Source: an uncultured Planctomycetaceae bacterium (GTDB taxonomy: Bacteria > Planctomycetota > Planctomycetia > Isosphaerales > Isosphaeraceae). Taken from it: 64,000 nucleotides of DNA. Below are positions 13,232 to 24,700 of this stretch, one piece after another (within the stretch, counting starts at the first letter, position 1; each line of letters begins with the position of its first letter). A program made the translations under genes and the position numbers. The stretch covers positions 224,001 through 288,000 of the forward strand of contig CAWIAD010000002.1 in NCBI GenBank assembly GCA_963833985.1. The letters are read 5' to 3'. The notes beneath the pieces are model-generated. The model was given only the letters and a program-made list of their open reading frames with translations, was not told the origin of the DNA and did not search any database.

Positions 13232-13651
13232 ATGAGGATATCTTCACGGAGATTTGGGCTACTGGGATGGGGGCTACTGCTTGCCGGCGCGTTGGTCGCG
13301 CCGGTGCCGCCTGGCCCGAAACCGGGTTTACCCGCTGCGCTGGCCCAGGCGCGGCGTGACGCGGCCGCCAAGCAGTTCGTGCTGACGTGGCAATACTACC
13401 AGCAATCCCGTGAGGGCTCGTTCAACGTGTACGTCTGGTCGCGCCTGCTCCTGGATGCCGAGCGAGGCCCGGGCACTCCGCCTGCCGAGCAGGTGGCCGC
13501 ATGTACCGCGCACCTGGAGCGCATGAAAGCGCTGGAAACTCTGATCGCCAGGATCCGCCGCATCGGCTTCGGCCGCTCCAGCGACGTGGGCGCCTCGGCG
13601 TATTACCGGATCGAGGCGGAATGCTGGCTGGCCGAGGCCAAGGCGTTGTGA
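13232..13651 (+). CDS. Secreted helical hypothetical protein
   Basis: GGAG RBS; MRISSRRFGLLGWGLLLAG leader; WSRLLLDAE and YYRIEAECWL motifs. Confidence 0.7.
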   Translation: MRISSRRFGLLGWGLLLAGALVAPVPPGPKPGLPAALAQARRDAAAKQFVLTWQYYQQSREGSFNVYVWSRLLLDAERGPGTPPAEQVAACTAHLERMKALETLIARIRRIGFGRSSDVGASAYYRIEAECWLAEAKAL

Positions 13652-13784
13652 CCGTCGGGCGGGCCGGTTCGCCTTTCCCTCGTCCGGGAGCGGCAACGCG
13701 TTCATTCCCGCACGCCACGACCAGAGCCATCAAGACGACCGGCCAGTTCGGAACCGCCGGCGCCGCCCCGGTCACCAGCGGCAA

Positions 13785-14759
13785 TCATGATTCTGGCCGA
13801 TCATCCGTGGCCGGGCTGCCGGGTTCGGTCGCGGCCGGGGCGTTTGCCTCATCCCAGGCCTCACGCAGTGATTGTTCGAGAGGTTTCGTCGCGACGAACT
13901 CGAGGAGGCTTCTGGCCTTTTCGCCGCTGCCGATGATTCGATCTGGTCCTGAAAGACGCCCAAGTGCCGGTTCTATTTCCAGGCGGAGGGGAACCGGGGC
14001 GAATGAGAGCAGCAGCGCGACCACCGATCCGATCGAGTGGCCTCGCCCGGAGCAGAGGTTGAAGATCTCACCCCACCGATCTGCTCTGAGCATTCGCAGG
14101 TAACCGTCGACCACATCATCGATATCGATGAAATCTCTGACCGAGTCCAGGGCTCCCACCTTCACGGCGGGATCGCCACCAGACCGAAGGACTTGCCGTA
14201 TCCTCTCGATGACCGCGCCGGCGACAAGCGAACGCGGCATGCCCCGACCGACGACGTTGAACGGCCTGGCCACCACCACAGCCAGGCCAGACGCGTGCGC
14301 AGCCTCAAGGCCGGCACGGGTGGCGGCAAGCTTGCTCATCCCGTAGGGAGTGGTAGGCTGGCAGGGATGCTCCTCCGTGATCGGCAGTGAGTTCCTGTCG
14401 ACGAGGCCGTACTCCGCGGCGGAGCCTACCAGGAGCACACGTGCCCGGCTTGCCCAGGTCCGGACGGCGTTCAGGACATTCACCGTCCCTTCAAGATTGA
14501 CGCGGAACAGATTGACCGCCGTTCCGGTGGACGACCCGGCCAGATGGAACACCTCATCCGGTGTCGTGGCGCGGAGGAGATCGTGAACCTGCGCCGGTTC
14601 GCGCACATCGATCTGGTGATACTCATGAACAGCCGCGTCGTCCCCAGGATTGAGCATCCGGCCCGCACCGATGACGCGGACGTCCCCTCGCGCAAGCAGC
14701 CGCGCCACAAGGTGCCGCGCACAGAAGCCACCACAGCCGGTGACAAGGGCTGACCTCAT
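13785..14759 (-). CDS. NAD-dependent epimerase/dehydratase (GDP-6-deoxyhexose reductase-like)
   Basis: VTGCGGF, GSAAEYG, YGMSK, RPFN, RDFID. Confidence 0.9.
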   Translation of the reverse strand: MRSALVTGCGGFCARHLVARLLARGDVRVIGAGRMLNPGDDAAVHEYHQIDVREPAQVHDLLRATTPDEVFHLAGSSTGTAVNLFRVNLEGTVNVLNAVRTWASRARVLLVGSAAEYGLVDRNSLPITEEHPCQPTTPYGMSKLAATRAGLEAAHASGLAVVVARPFNVVGRGMPRSLVAGAVIERIRQVLRSGGDPAVKVGALDSVRDFIDIDDVVDGYLRMLRADRWGEIFNLCSGRGHSIGSVVALLLSFAPVPLRLEIEPALGRLSGPDRIIGSGEKARSLLEFVATKPLEQSLREAWDEANAPAATEPGSPATDDRPES

Positions 14760-15493
14760 CGCCGGCCGCTACCTGGCAAGAAACGTGACGGGTCGCATTC
14801 AAAATCCGCGCACGCCTGCTCATAGTCATCGAATCGGCCGATATCCTGCCAGTAGCAGTCCGCCGGGAAGGTCTGCACGTCATGCCCCGCCGCCATCAGG
14901 GCCAGCATGAGATCGGGCATGTCAAACCTGCGGCCGGCCGGAATGACCTCGAGACAGCGCCTCGAGAGGACGTTGATCCCCATGCTGATCTGGTAGGAGA
15001 TTTCTGGTTTCTCCTGGTAATCGATGAGCCGGCCATCCGGCGCCGTGACGATCACCCCGAAGTCGATCTTCAGCTGGCGCCGATGCACGGCGATGGTCGC
15101 CGAGGCACGGCTCTCAAGATGAGCGCTGATGAGGCGGTTGTATTGCAGCGTGGTCAGCAGGTCGCCGTTCATGACGAGAAACGGATCTTCCAGGCCCGGA
15201 ATCAGCCGCAGTGGCCCGGCCGTGCCGAGCGGCTCTTCCTCGAAGAAATACGCGATCTCCACCCCGAACCGCGAGCCATCTCCGACCGTGGCGGAGAACA
15301 GGTGAGCCAGATGCCCGAGCGTGATGGCGATCCGCTTGATTCCTGATTCGGCCAGTTGCCGGATCACCACCTCCACGATGGGCAGATCGCCGAGGGGCAG
15401 GAGGGGCTTGGGAATCCGCGTCGTGAATGGCCGGAGCCGTGTCCCCTTCCCACCCGCCAGGAGCACTGCCTGCATCGCCCGCTCCTGTTGCAT
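14756..15493 (-). CDS. Sugar-phosphate nucleotidyltransferase
   Basis: LAGGKGTRLRPFT...PKPL, EPLGTAG, NGD, WQDIG; overlaps the epimerase start by 4 nt. Confidence 0.93.
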   Translation of the reverse strand: MQQERAMQAVLLAGGKGTRLRPFTTRIPKPLLPLGDLPIVEVVIRQLAESGIKRIAITLGHLAHLFSATVGDGSRFGVEIAYFFEEEPLGTAGPLRLIPGLEDPFLVMNGDLLTTLQYNRLISAHLESRASATIAVHRRQLKIDFGVIVTAPDGRLIDYQEKPEISYQISMGINVLSRRCLEVIPAGRRFDMPDLMLALMAAGHDVQTFPADCYWQDIGRFDDYEQACADFECDPSRFLPGSGRR

Positions 15494-15744
15494 CGCCTGG
15501 ACCGTCCGGGACGGCGTTGTGAACCGAGCACGCCACGTCGACTCGCATCGCGATGGTTTCGATTCTTTGAGATGATTCCGACCCTTTAAGATGATAGGCT
15601 ATCCGAATGACCAGAAGAATTGAACAACCCTGACCATCGCTTTCCTCTATTTCTTGCAAAGTGCATGCAACCTGCCGCCGATCACGAAGCCGGCGCGTGG
15701 CGGAACCCGGTAACAATGCGTCACTATGACTCGTTTATTAATGT

Positions 15745-18057
15745 ATGAACATTAATTCGAATAAGATGCAGGCAACCCATGCCGCCCGGGACCGCGGTGC
15801 TTCGCTTGCGGAGAACGGGGAGGACCTGTCCGATCGCCTGCTGATCGTCGCCCGGGAGTTCACGCGGGGGGGGGCGGCCCTGCTGGCCGTGCGCCACGCT
15901 CGGGCCCTCCGCGCGAGTCACCCGCTGGATCTCCTTGTCACCGGGCCCTGTGACGAGGACCTGCTCGAGGAGCTTCCGGCGGGAGTGTGCGTCTACCGGA
16001 TCGACTGCGGGCCGTTGCACCTGGAGTCCTACCCGGTTCGCATGCTGCATCGGTTCCGACGCGCGCATCGGCACATGCCACCGTTCCAGCGCCATTATCG
16101 GGCGGTTCTCGCCACCTCCATCTTTCCGGATCTGACCGCGTGCGCCGCCTTCGCCGCGGTCCGGGCATCCCGGCGATTCCTCTTTCTTGTCGACGAAGGT
16201 TTGAAGAGCTATGCCGAGTTTGAACCGGCCGAGCGAAACTTCGTCAACGAGTGCATTGTCCGGGCCGACCGGGTGCTGCCCGTGTCGCGACGCCTTTGGG
16301 AACACATGGCGCAGGCGTGTCCCGCCCTCCGCGAACGGCCGTGGTCGGTGGTGCGGCCACCCATCGAGGCGAAGCGTATCCTCGCACAGGCGAAGGAGCC
16401 ACAGTCCGTCTTCGCACAAAACGGCGTCCCGGTCGTCCTCACGGTCGCTCGATTCGTGCCGGATAAACAAATTGTCATATGCTTGCGCGTACATCATCGG
16501 CTCAAGCAGGAAGGACTCCGGTTTCACTGGTACGTGATCGGCTCCGGGCCCGAGGAACCCGCGATCCGCTCCGAGTGCCAGGCTCTGGGGATGGAGCAGG
16601 AGTTTCATATTCTGCCATTTCAAAACAATATTTATTCCTGTCTTAATAATTGTGACGTCTTTGCCCTTTTTTCGTGCTCCGAGGGGTGCCCGACGGTCGT
16701 TGCCGAGGCACTTCTCCTGGGCCGACCCGTGGTGATGACGGACGTCAACGGCGCCGATGAATTGATCGAACACGGCAGGACCGGTCTCGTGGTCGCCAAC
16801 GATGCCGAGGCGATCGCGGGGGGGCTTGGCCGGATGCTGCGGGACGAGCCACTGCGTCGTCGCATCAGCGCGGCGCTCTCCGCGTCCGCGGCGGACCTGG
16901 ATCGGGTGCAAGCAGACAGGACCCTCGCCGACCTGATCACGGCAAACGATCCGGAAGGTCTCGCCCCGAGGGTGTCCATCCTGATCCCTACCTACCGACA
17001 GGAGCAGTACATCGACTCGGCCATCGCCAGCGCGCTGGCACAGGATTATCCGTCCCTCGAGGTCATCGTCGTCGATGATGCCTCGCCCGACCGAACGGGA
17101 GAGGCAGCACGGCTGTGGGATTTCGACCCGCGTTTCCGGTACGTGCGCAACGACCGGAACCGGGGGCGGGTGGCGAACTACCGCTACGCGCTGAACGAGC
17201 TGGCTCGTGGAGAATGGGTGCTCATGCTCGACGGGGATGATTTCCTCGCCGACCCCGGATTCATCCGCCGCGCGATCGAGGCCATCGATCGTCACCACGA
17301 CCGTCCGATCGTTTTCGCCCAGGCGGGACACCGCGTCCATTATCTCAACGGCAAGCTGCGCGATGCCGACATCCTCCCTCCGATCGGATGCGAGGAACGA
17401 GTGATGACGGGGGGAGACTACCTGCAATTTGTCTTCGAAACCACGTTCTTCACCCACCTTGGCACGCTCTACCATCGCGCCCGGGCAATCGACGCCAGGT
17501 TCTACACGGCCGAGATCTCCTCGTCCGATATGGATTCCTTGCTTCGTCTCGCACTCGAGGGCGAGGTCCTGGTGCTGAACACCATCGCCGGCTTCTGGGT
17601 GCAGCACGGCTCGAATGCGAGTTCAGGTCTCGCGCTCGGTGAGTTGCTGCCCAACGTACGCATCTTCCGTGAGATTGCCCGCCAGGCCGTCCGGAAGGGG
17701 CATCCTTCGTGGCAACAGCTCAGGGGACCGCTCACCCGGTACGAGTCACAAACCCTGGTTCACCTCTTCAGCACGACGATCGGGAAGACGTCCTGCGGGC
17801 TGTGGGACCTGGTCCGGTTTCTCAAGATCGCCGTGCGGATCAACCCACGCCTGTTCGCAGACAGGCTTTTCGTCTCCGGCTGCGTACGCTTTGCGCGGAA
17901 GCTGACCGGCCTGTCGGCCAGGCGGTTCCGCGCCGGACGTCTCGCCGCGGCTGGCTGGCAGCGTCTTCGCTTGCTTAAGAAGTACCGCGCCGGACGTCTT
18001 GCCGCAGCAGGCCTGCGGCATTTCCGAGCTGGCTATCGCCGGCTCTTCAGCCAGTGA
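15745..18057 (+). CDS. Fused glycosyltransferase (GT4 plus GT2)
   Basis: GT4: VARFVPDK, EGCPTVVAEA. GT2: VSILIPTY, VVDDASPD, LDGDD. Confidence 0.9.
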   Translation: MNINSNKMQATHAARDRGASLAENGEDLSDRLLIVAREFTRGGAALLAVRHARALRASHPLDLLVTGPCDEDLLEELPAGVCVYRIDCGPLHLESYPVRMLHRFRRAHRHMPPFQRHYRAVLATSIFPDLTACAAFAAVRASRRFLFLVDEGLKSYAEFEPAERNFVNECIVRADRVLPVSRRLWEHMAQACPALRERPWSVVRPPIEAKRILAQAKEPQSVFAQNGVPVVLTVARFVPDKQIVICLRVHHRLKQEGLRFHWYVIGSGPEEPAIRSECQALGMEQEFHILPFQNNIYSCLNNCDVFALFSCSEGCPTVVAEALLLGRPVVMTDVNGADELIEHGRTGLVVANDAEAIAGGLGRMLRDEPLRRRISAALSASAADLDRVQADRTLADLITANDPEGLAPRVSILIPTYRQEQYIDSAIASALAQDYPSLEVIVVDDASPDRTGEAARLWDFDPRFRYVRNDRNRGRVANYRYALNELARGEWVLMLDGDDFLADPGFIRRAIEAIDRHHDRPIVFAQAGHRVHYLNGKLRDADILPPIGCEERVMTGGDYLQFVFETTFFTHLGTLYHRARAIDARFYTAEISSSDMDSLLRLALEGEVLVLNTIAGFWVQHGSNASSGLALGELLPNVRIFREIARQAVRKGHPSWQQLRGPLTRYESQTLVHLFSTTIGKTSCGLWDLVRFLKIAVRINPRLFADRLFVSGCVRFARKLTGLSARRFRAGRLAAAGWQRLRLLKKYRAGRLAAAGLRHFRAGYRRLFSQ

Positions 18058-18085
18058 CCTGGGAAAGTCGTCACGGGAGACCCGG

Positions 18086-18697
18086 ATGCATCGAGCCGTC
18101 TATCTGGTCTTTGAGGAAGTCTGCTCGCAGGCGATGATCCGCGGCCCGGTACTCGAGGTCGGTGCCGTTCCTGGTCCGGATGGCTTGCTCACGATGCCCT
18201 GTCTTAGCCACTTGCCTGCACGCGTTGGCCTGAACCTGGACGGTGCGGCCGGCGGAGAATTTGCGGGCTACCGGATCGTCAACGGGAACGCGAACGAGAT
18301 GACTGATTTCCGGGATGGCGAGTTCTCTGCCGTGCTTTGCAACGCCACGCTCGAGCACGATCGATGCTTCTGGAAAACCCTCGCCGAGATCCACCGCGTG
18401 ACCGAACCCGGCGGCTTCATCATGATTGGAGTGCCGGGTTACGCGGGAATGGGCCCCGAGACGCTGGCGCCGCGGAATTCGCTGTTCGGGCGGTTCCTCA
18501 GGCTCATGGCACGCGGGGCGTACTCGGATATGCTCGGGGCCAGCACCGTCACGCTGGGTGTACACAACTTCCCAGGCGATTACTACCGGTTCAGCGAGCA
18601 GGCCGTACGCGAGGTCTTCCTGGCCGGACTCCGCGACGTCTCCGCCCGCCTGGTCCTGAACCCGCCCCGCATCATCGGCTGGGGAAGGAAGCCATGA
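18086..18697 (+). CDS. Class I SAM-dependent methyltransferase
   Basis: VLEVGA, NATLEHD, EIHRVTEPGG, HNFPGDYYRF. Confidence 0.85.
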   Translation: MHRAVYLVFEEVCSQAMIRGPVLEVGAVPGPDGLLTMPCLSHLPARVGLNLDGAAGGEFAGYRIVNGNANEMTDFRDGEFSAVLCNATLEHDRCFWKTLAEIHRVTEPGGFIMIGVPGYAGMGPETLAPRNSLFGRFLRLMARGAYSDMLGASTVTLGVHNFPGDYYRFSEQAVREVFLAGLRDVSARLVLNPPRIIGWGRKP

Positions 18698-19907
18698 GCC
18701 GAGCCAAAGCCTCCTTGATCCTCCATGTCGGCCAGCACAAGACCGGGTCGAAGGCCCTCCAGTCCTTCCTCGCGCAGAACCGGCAGACGCTCCTCAAGGA
18801 AGGCATCCTGTATCCCGTCGAGGCCAACCCGGACCATGACATCCGGGCCTACGCGCAGAGCCAGTTCCACCTGTTTGCCCTGGTCCGGCGCGACGCGATC
18901 CGTGCCTGCCTGGGCCAGGTCCCAGCCGAGGAGTACTGGCGGACGGTCAGCCGCTTCTGCCGGCCGTTCGAGACGACCCGATCCTGCTTCGAGGCCATCG
19001 AGGCCGAGCGCAGTCGTCGCGGTCTGACTCACGTCGTCATCTCGGCGGAAGACCTGTTCGACTTGCAGACGGCCCACGAACTGGACTTCTCGCGGCTGCT
19101 CGTGCAAGCGGCCGCGCGCCATCTGGCCGGGCTCGCCGCGGAGTTCGCCTACGACCCGCGCGTGGTTGTTTACCTGCGTCGGCAGGACCATCTTCTCGGT
19201 GCGCACTATGTGCAGTTCATCAAGGGCAGCGCTGTCCACGATCTCGAGTTCGACGAGTTCTCAAGGGCGTTCGCTCCCCGGCTCGACCTGAGAGGTATCC
19301 TTGCGGAGTGGGCCTCCGCTTTCGGCGAGGACCGACTCGATGTGCGCCCTACGAGCGCGCATCGTTGCCGCGCGGGATCGTCCCTGATTTCTTCCAGCAC
19401 GTTCTAAACCGTCCCGTCCCGATCGTCTGCGTCGAACCGCCAGCCGACGCCGAATCGGTCAACCGGTCACTCGACCGTGACTTCGTCGAGTACATCCGAA
19501 TTCTGAACCGCCGCAACACGCTGCTGCTGCCCGTCTTCCCGCGTGACGTCGTGCTCGAAGCCGCGCTGCATGGCACCCCCTCGGCATCGGAAACGCGTCG
19601 GACCGGCATCGCAGAATGGCTCTCGCCGACCGCCCGGCGCGACCTGATCGCCGCGTTTTCCGACGGAAACAGCGCGATCGCTCGTGACTTCCTCCAGCGT
19701 GATGACGGCCGTCTGTTCACGGAGCCTCTGCCGGACGAGGACGAAGCCTGGTCGCCCTACCCCGGTTTCACACCCGAAAAGGCGACAGCCATCTCGCTGG
19801 AGATACACGAGCTCATGCTGGCTCGTCAGCCCCCGATCCGGCAGCCGGCGTGGGCTCATTCCAGGTTGCTCTTGCGCAATGTGATTCGCCGACTATCCGG
19901 GCGTTGA
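18694..19907 (+). CDS. Sulfotransferase-like P-loop protein; frameshift at ~19349
   Basis: LHVGQHKTGSKALQ, ISAEDL, YLRRQD. One missing C gives VRPYE...DFF...NRSL. ATGA-coupled to the methyltransferase. Confidence 0.75.
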
Positions 19908-20071
19908 CCCGCGGCTCATGCGTGTTTGATCCGTGGCTCAGGCCTTCCATTCGCGGGTCGCAATCTGGCAGAGCCGTCCGCGGGATTGGCCAGAGCTGCA
20001 CCCTGAGGGACACGGATGGGTGCCGGACCACGGCCGCCGGAAGAATGGCATCGGAAGCGACTCGTCTGGCG

Positions 20072-21297
20072 TCACTCCCGGTAAAGGGTGCGTGTCATGT
20101 CAAAGTTGGTGCGGATCGTGTCGGCCGGCGGCAAGGTTCCGGAGGAGTTGTAAATCACCAGGGGAACGGTCGCTTCGTGGAGTGATCCGTGGGTCCGGAA
20201 GGTGGGCGGCAGGTGCTCGACCTCGAGTTCGGGGGCGGTCTCGCCGAAGACGGTGTCACGGTCGCCCAGGACGACCAGTTCGCCGATACGCTCCGGCATG
20301 AGATGAAAGCGGCTTGCGGCCTCGGCCCGGGTGAGGACGGCCTCGACGCCTTCGAGTCCCTGGAGGATCTTCGTCGCGGCCTCGGCGTCCCGGGGCGAGC
20401 GTAGCCACACGTAGCCCGTGCCACCGAAAGTGCGGTGGTGCTTCACGTATTTATCGCGTTCGGCCGAGAGTGCGAACCTGAGCTCCAGGCCTCGATTTTT
20501 CAGGCCCTGGCCAGATCCCAGCAACGCGACTTGGCGTTCATTCCGTGGTCGCCCGTGATCAGGAACGCCGCGTCGGGCGCCGCGGCCACAGCCTCACCCA
20601 ACAGCGCGTCGAGGCGGGCCAGGTGGTCCTTCGATTCGGGGGCCGACGGAGGCCACGTGTGCATCGGGTAATCTGTCGTGTGCACATAGAGTAATTTCAT
20701 ATCGGCTCGGTGCTTGAGCAGATCGACGGCGACCGCCCAGAGCCATTGGTTGATCTCGCTGCTGTAGATGGGCGGTGGTGTTCCGTACTGCTGGATCTGT
20801 CCGGCGGAGGGTGCCTCGGCCGCGATGGCGAGATCAGTGCCCCTGGCAAGCAGGGCAACGGTCTTTTTCTTTGCTGTGAGCAGGGCGGACTTCACTCCCA
20901 GCTTCGCGGCGCGTTCAAAGACGGTGGAGCGAAGCAGGTAGCTGGAATTCTCCATGTATTCCGCCTGCCCCCTGGGCTCGTCGAAGAACGAATTACCGGT
21001 GATCCCATGCTCTTCGGGCCACGTGCCCGTGGCGATGGAGGCATTGTTGACGTTGGTGACCGCAGGCATGACGCCCGCCACGTTCTTCGAGAACCCCTTC
21101 GCCATCAGCCCCTTCAGGACCGGCATCGCGCTTTGCTCAACGTAGTCCGGCCCGAGGCCGTCCAGCATCACGATCACGACGCGTTGTTTCCCCTGGATGA
21201 GCGGCGGCTCCGCCCTCGTCTCGGCCAGGCCCACAAGTGGGATCAAGACGCAGGTGGTCAGGCAGATCATCGGCCCGTGTGATCGTCTGGGTGGCAT
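20072..21297 (-). CDS. Alkaline phosphatase superfamily, phosphonoacetate-hydrolase-like; frameshift at ~20503
   Basis: LDGLG, MPAVTNVNNASI, HGITGN, TDYPMH, GDHGM, YVKHH, RTHGS; N-terminal signal-like segment. Confidence 0.85.
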
Positions 21298-21700
21298 GGG
21301 TCTTCCCCGTCCGTGTTCCGGAACCTCGGTTCGCGATATCGCAATGATGCTGGGTTTCGGATTATGGCCTTGGATCTCCAGCCGCGGGGGGAAGATTTGA
21401 TGAACGCCAGGGAGCCCGGGAGGCCGCAAGGTCAGTCCGATGCAGATCGCCACATCAATGCTCCATTGCGCCTTGGCAGGCGGGCCCTAGCCGCAAGGCT
21501 CCTGTCAGCACGCAATCCACAAACTCGACGGTACCGCCGCGGGCGGGCCGGGTTCATGCGGCTGGGCACTGGACGGTGGACGGGGCAGCGTGGGAGAATT
21601 CTTTGCTACCGCGGCACGCCCGAACTCGAGCCGTCGTCTGCTCGGGCCCGTATCGAAAAGCCACCGCGCAGGTCCATTCATTGACGACCAGGAGCCGAGG

Positions 21701-24700
21701 ATGATCAGCTTCAGGATGCCACGCTTCGGAACCGTTTGTCGGCACTTCCTGGGTGTTTGTCTTTGCTTCAGTCTGGCTGGGGCCGGGGCGTCAAGGTCTG
21801 TGCGGGCGCAGGTGAGTCCGGCCGAATCGGCGCGCCGGCTCAAGCCGGCGGCCGGGCTGGAAGCCACGCTCTGGGCGTCCGAGCCGATGCTCCTGAACCC
21901 AACGAACCTGGATGTCGATTCCCGAGGGCGGATCTGGGTCACCGAGGGGCTGAATTACCGGCTCACGCGGGGGGGAACGCACGGTTTCACCGGGTCGATG
22001 ACTCGGACAAGATCAAGATCCTCGAAGACACCGACGGCGACGGCAAGGCCGACAAGGTGACCGTCTTCGCCGACAAGGTCTTCCCGGTGCCCATGGGCAT
22101 CGCCGTCGAGGAGCACTACGGCAAGAACGGTAAGTACACGGGCTGCCGTGTCTTCGTCGGCAATAGCCCCGACCTGCTCGTACTCGAGGACACCGACGGC
22201 GATGACCGGGCCGACAAGCGCTATCCGCTGCTCTCCGGCTTTGGCGGGATCGATTCCGACCATGGCGTGCATGGCATGGTCCTGGGCCTCGACGGCAAGC
22301 TGTACTTCACCCAGGGCGACGGCTGCTGCTCGGTGCAGCAGGACCATTCTGAGCGACAGCAGAATTTCGACGTCGTGGACCGGGGCGGCCGGCACGTCAA
22401 GAGCGACCAGCTTGCCAACACCCTGCGCACAACCGCGACGGCACCGAGTTCGAGGTCATCTGTGACCGCCAGCGGAACAACTACGAGACGAGCCTGAACT
22501 CGTTTGGCAACATCTTCACCAGCGACAACGACGACGACGGCAACCGCGGCTGCCGGGTGATCTGGGCGCTGGACGGCGGCCACTTCGGCTATCACACGCC
22601 GGGCTCGCCCCGGCACTGGGGTGAGGACGTTCCCGGCAATGTGCCCAAGCTGGTGGGCACCGGCAACGGCAGCCCGGCGGGAATCCTGGTCTACGAGGGG
22701 AACCTGCTGCCCCGAGAGTACTTCGGCAGCGTGCTCGAGGTCGACGCCGGCACCCGGCAGGTGAACTTCTTCCCGATCACGCGCACGGGTGCGAGCTTCC
22801 GCACCCAGTACCAGGTCTTCCTCGCCAGCGACGACCCCTGGTTCCGTCCCGTCGACGCCGTGGTGGCCCCCGATGGCTCAGTCTGCGTTGCCGACTGGTA
22901 CGATGCCGGCGTGGGCGGCCACGCCTTCAGCGACCAGACCACCGGGCGAATCTTCCGCGTCGCGCCCAGGGGTCAACACACGGCCAGGGTGACGGCGGAC
23001 TTCGGCTCGCTGGACGGACTGATCGCGGCACTGAAGTCCCCCACGGTCGCCACCCGGGACGCGGCGCGGCGGGGACTGATCGCTCGAGGGGCGGAGGCAG
23101 CCGGGCCTCTGCACCGGCTCTTCACCACGGCCGAGCCGATCTTCCGCGCCCGGGCGCTGTTCGTGCTGGCGGCCATCGAGGGAGACCAGGCGGTCATCCC
23201 CGCGCTGCGGGATGCCGACCCGAGGATCCGCGAGCAGGCCGTGCGCATGCTTGGCCGCGACTGCCGCGAGAACGGCCATGTCGACTACAGGAAGCCCGAA
23301 GCCCGGCGGCCCGCCCCGGCGCTCGCTCACCTGGCCGAGCTGCTGCCGCTGGCCAATGATCCCGACGCGGGCGTCCGCCGCGAGCTCATCCTGGCCCTGC
23401 GCAGCCTGCCCACCGGTGAGGCCGGCGAAGCCCTGCGCAAGCTGGCGGCGGCCTGGGACGGCCAGGATCGCTGGTATCTCGAAGCCCTTGGCCTGGCGCT
23501 CGAGCACCGTGAGAGCCGCTACCTCGCCGGCCTGCTGGACGGCTCGCTGTTTGGCGCGCTGGATCTGGATCGCTCCGGCCGCGACGGCAAAGTGGCGCTG
23601 CCGCCGTACTTCCCGGTCGACCGCAATGAAGCCTTCATCCCCGCGGGCAGCCCCGAGCCGGCGGCGACTCCGCTCTCCAGGAACCTGGGCCTGGCCTGGC
23701 GGATTCACACGGCCGACGTCCTGCCACTGCTCACGCGCGTGGTGCATCACCTGTCGGCGCCCGAGTTGCAGCAGGCGGCCGACGACATCCTCCGGCAGAT
23801 CAGGTCTCCGGAGTCGGCCCGGCTGCTGGCCGAGATGGTCGACCGGGCCAGGGATCCTGGCCGCAAGCGGGAGCTGCTGACGACCCTCGGGCGAAACCTT
23901 CAGCGCCAGCCGCGCGAGGTGCGGCGCGAGCAGCCCGTCGACCGCGTCGTGCGGTCGGCATTGATGGATCCGCAGACCCGGGCCCAGGCGATCGCGATTG
24001 TCGCGGCCGGCCGCGATGATGCACATGATGAGCACCTGAAAGCAATTGTCATGGATGAAAAGGTCCCGGTGGAGGAGCGTGTGGCGGCGACCGAGGCGAT
24101 GGGAGCCGGTCACGGGCCCGCAAGGCGGTTCCTGGAGCAGCTCATCACGGCGACCGAGGGGAAGCCAAACTCCACCCCCGTGGCGAACGCGGCCCTGCGG
24201 ACGATCGCCTCGACCCAGGACACGCGCACCCGTCTGACCGAGCTCATCACCGCTCGGAACTATCCGCTGGGTCTGAGGCGCGAGGCGGTGCGGGCGCTCT
24301 TCGAGAACCAGGACGGCGGCTCGCGAATCATCGCACTGGCGCACGACGGCAAGCTGCCGGAGGACCTCAAGACCGAGGCGGTCACACTGCTGCTGGCACA
24401 TCGAGACCGCGCTATTCGTGACCAGGCGGCCAGGGTGCTGCCGATGCCCAAGATCGCCGACGGCCGTGTGCTGCCGCCCATCGGCCAGCTCCTGCACCGG
24501 CGGGGCGACGCGGCGAAGGGGAAGGACGTCTTCTTCCGGATCGGCCAGACGGCCTGCGCGGCGTGCCACCGGGTGCAAGGGCAGGGGCAGTGGATCGGTC
24601 CCGACCTCTCCACGATCGGTACGAAGTACGGCAAGGACGAGCTCCTGAAATCGATCCTCAACCCCAGCGCCGCGATCGGTTATAACTTCCGCTCAATCGT

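Noticed and set aside
15724..17607. Long antisense ORFs (also 4632..6005, 22878..24578, 61668..63143 and others)
   Set aside because: They are shadows of well-supported genes on the opposite strand in high-GC DNA and carry no motifs.
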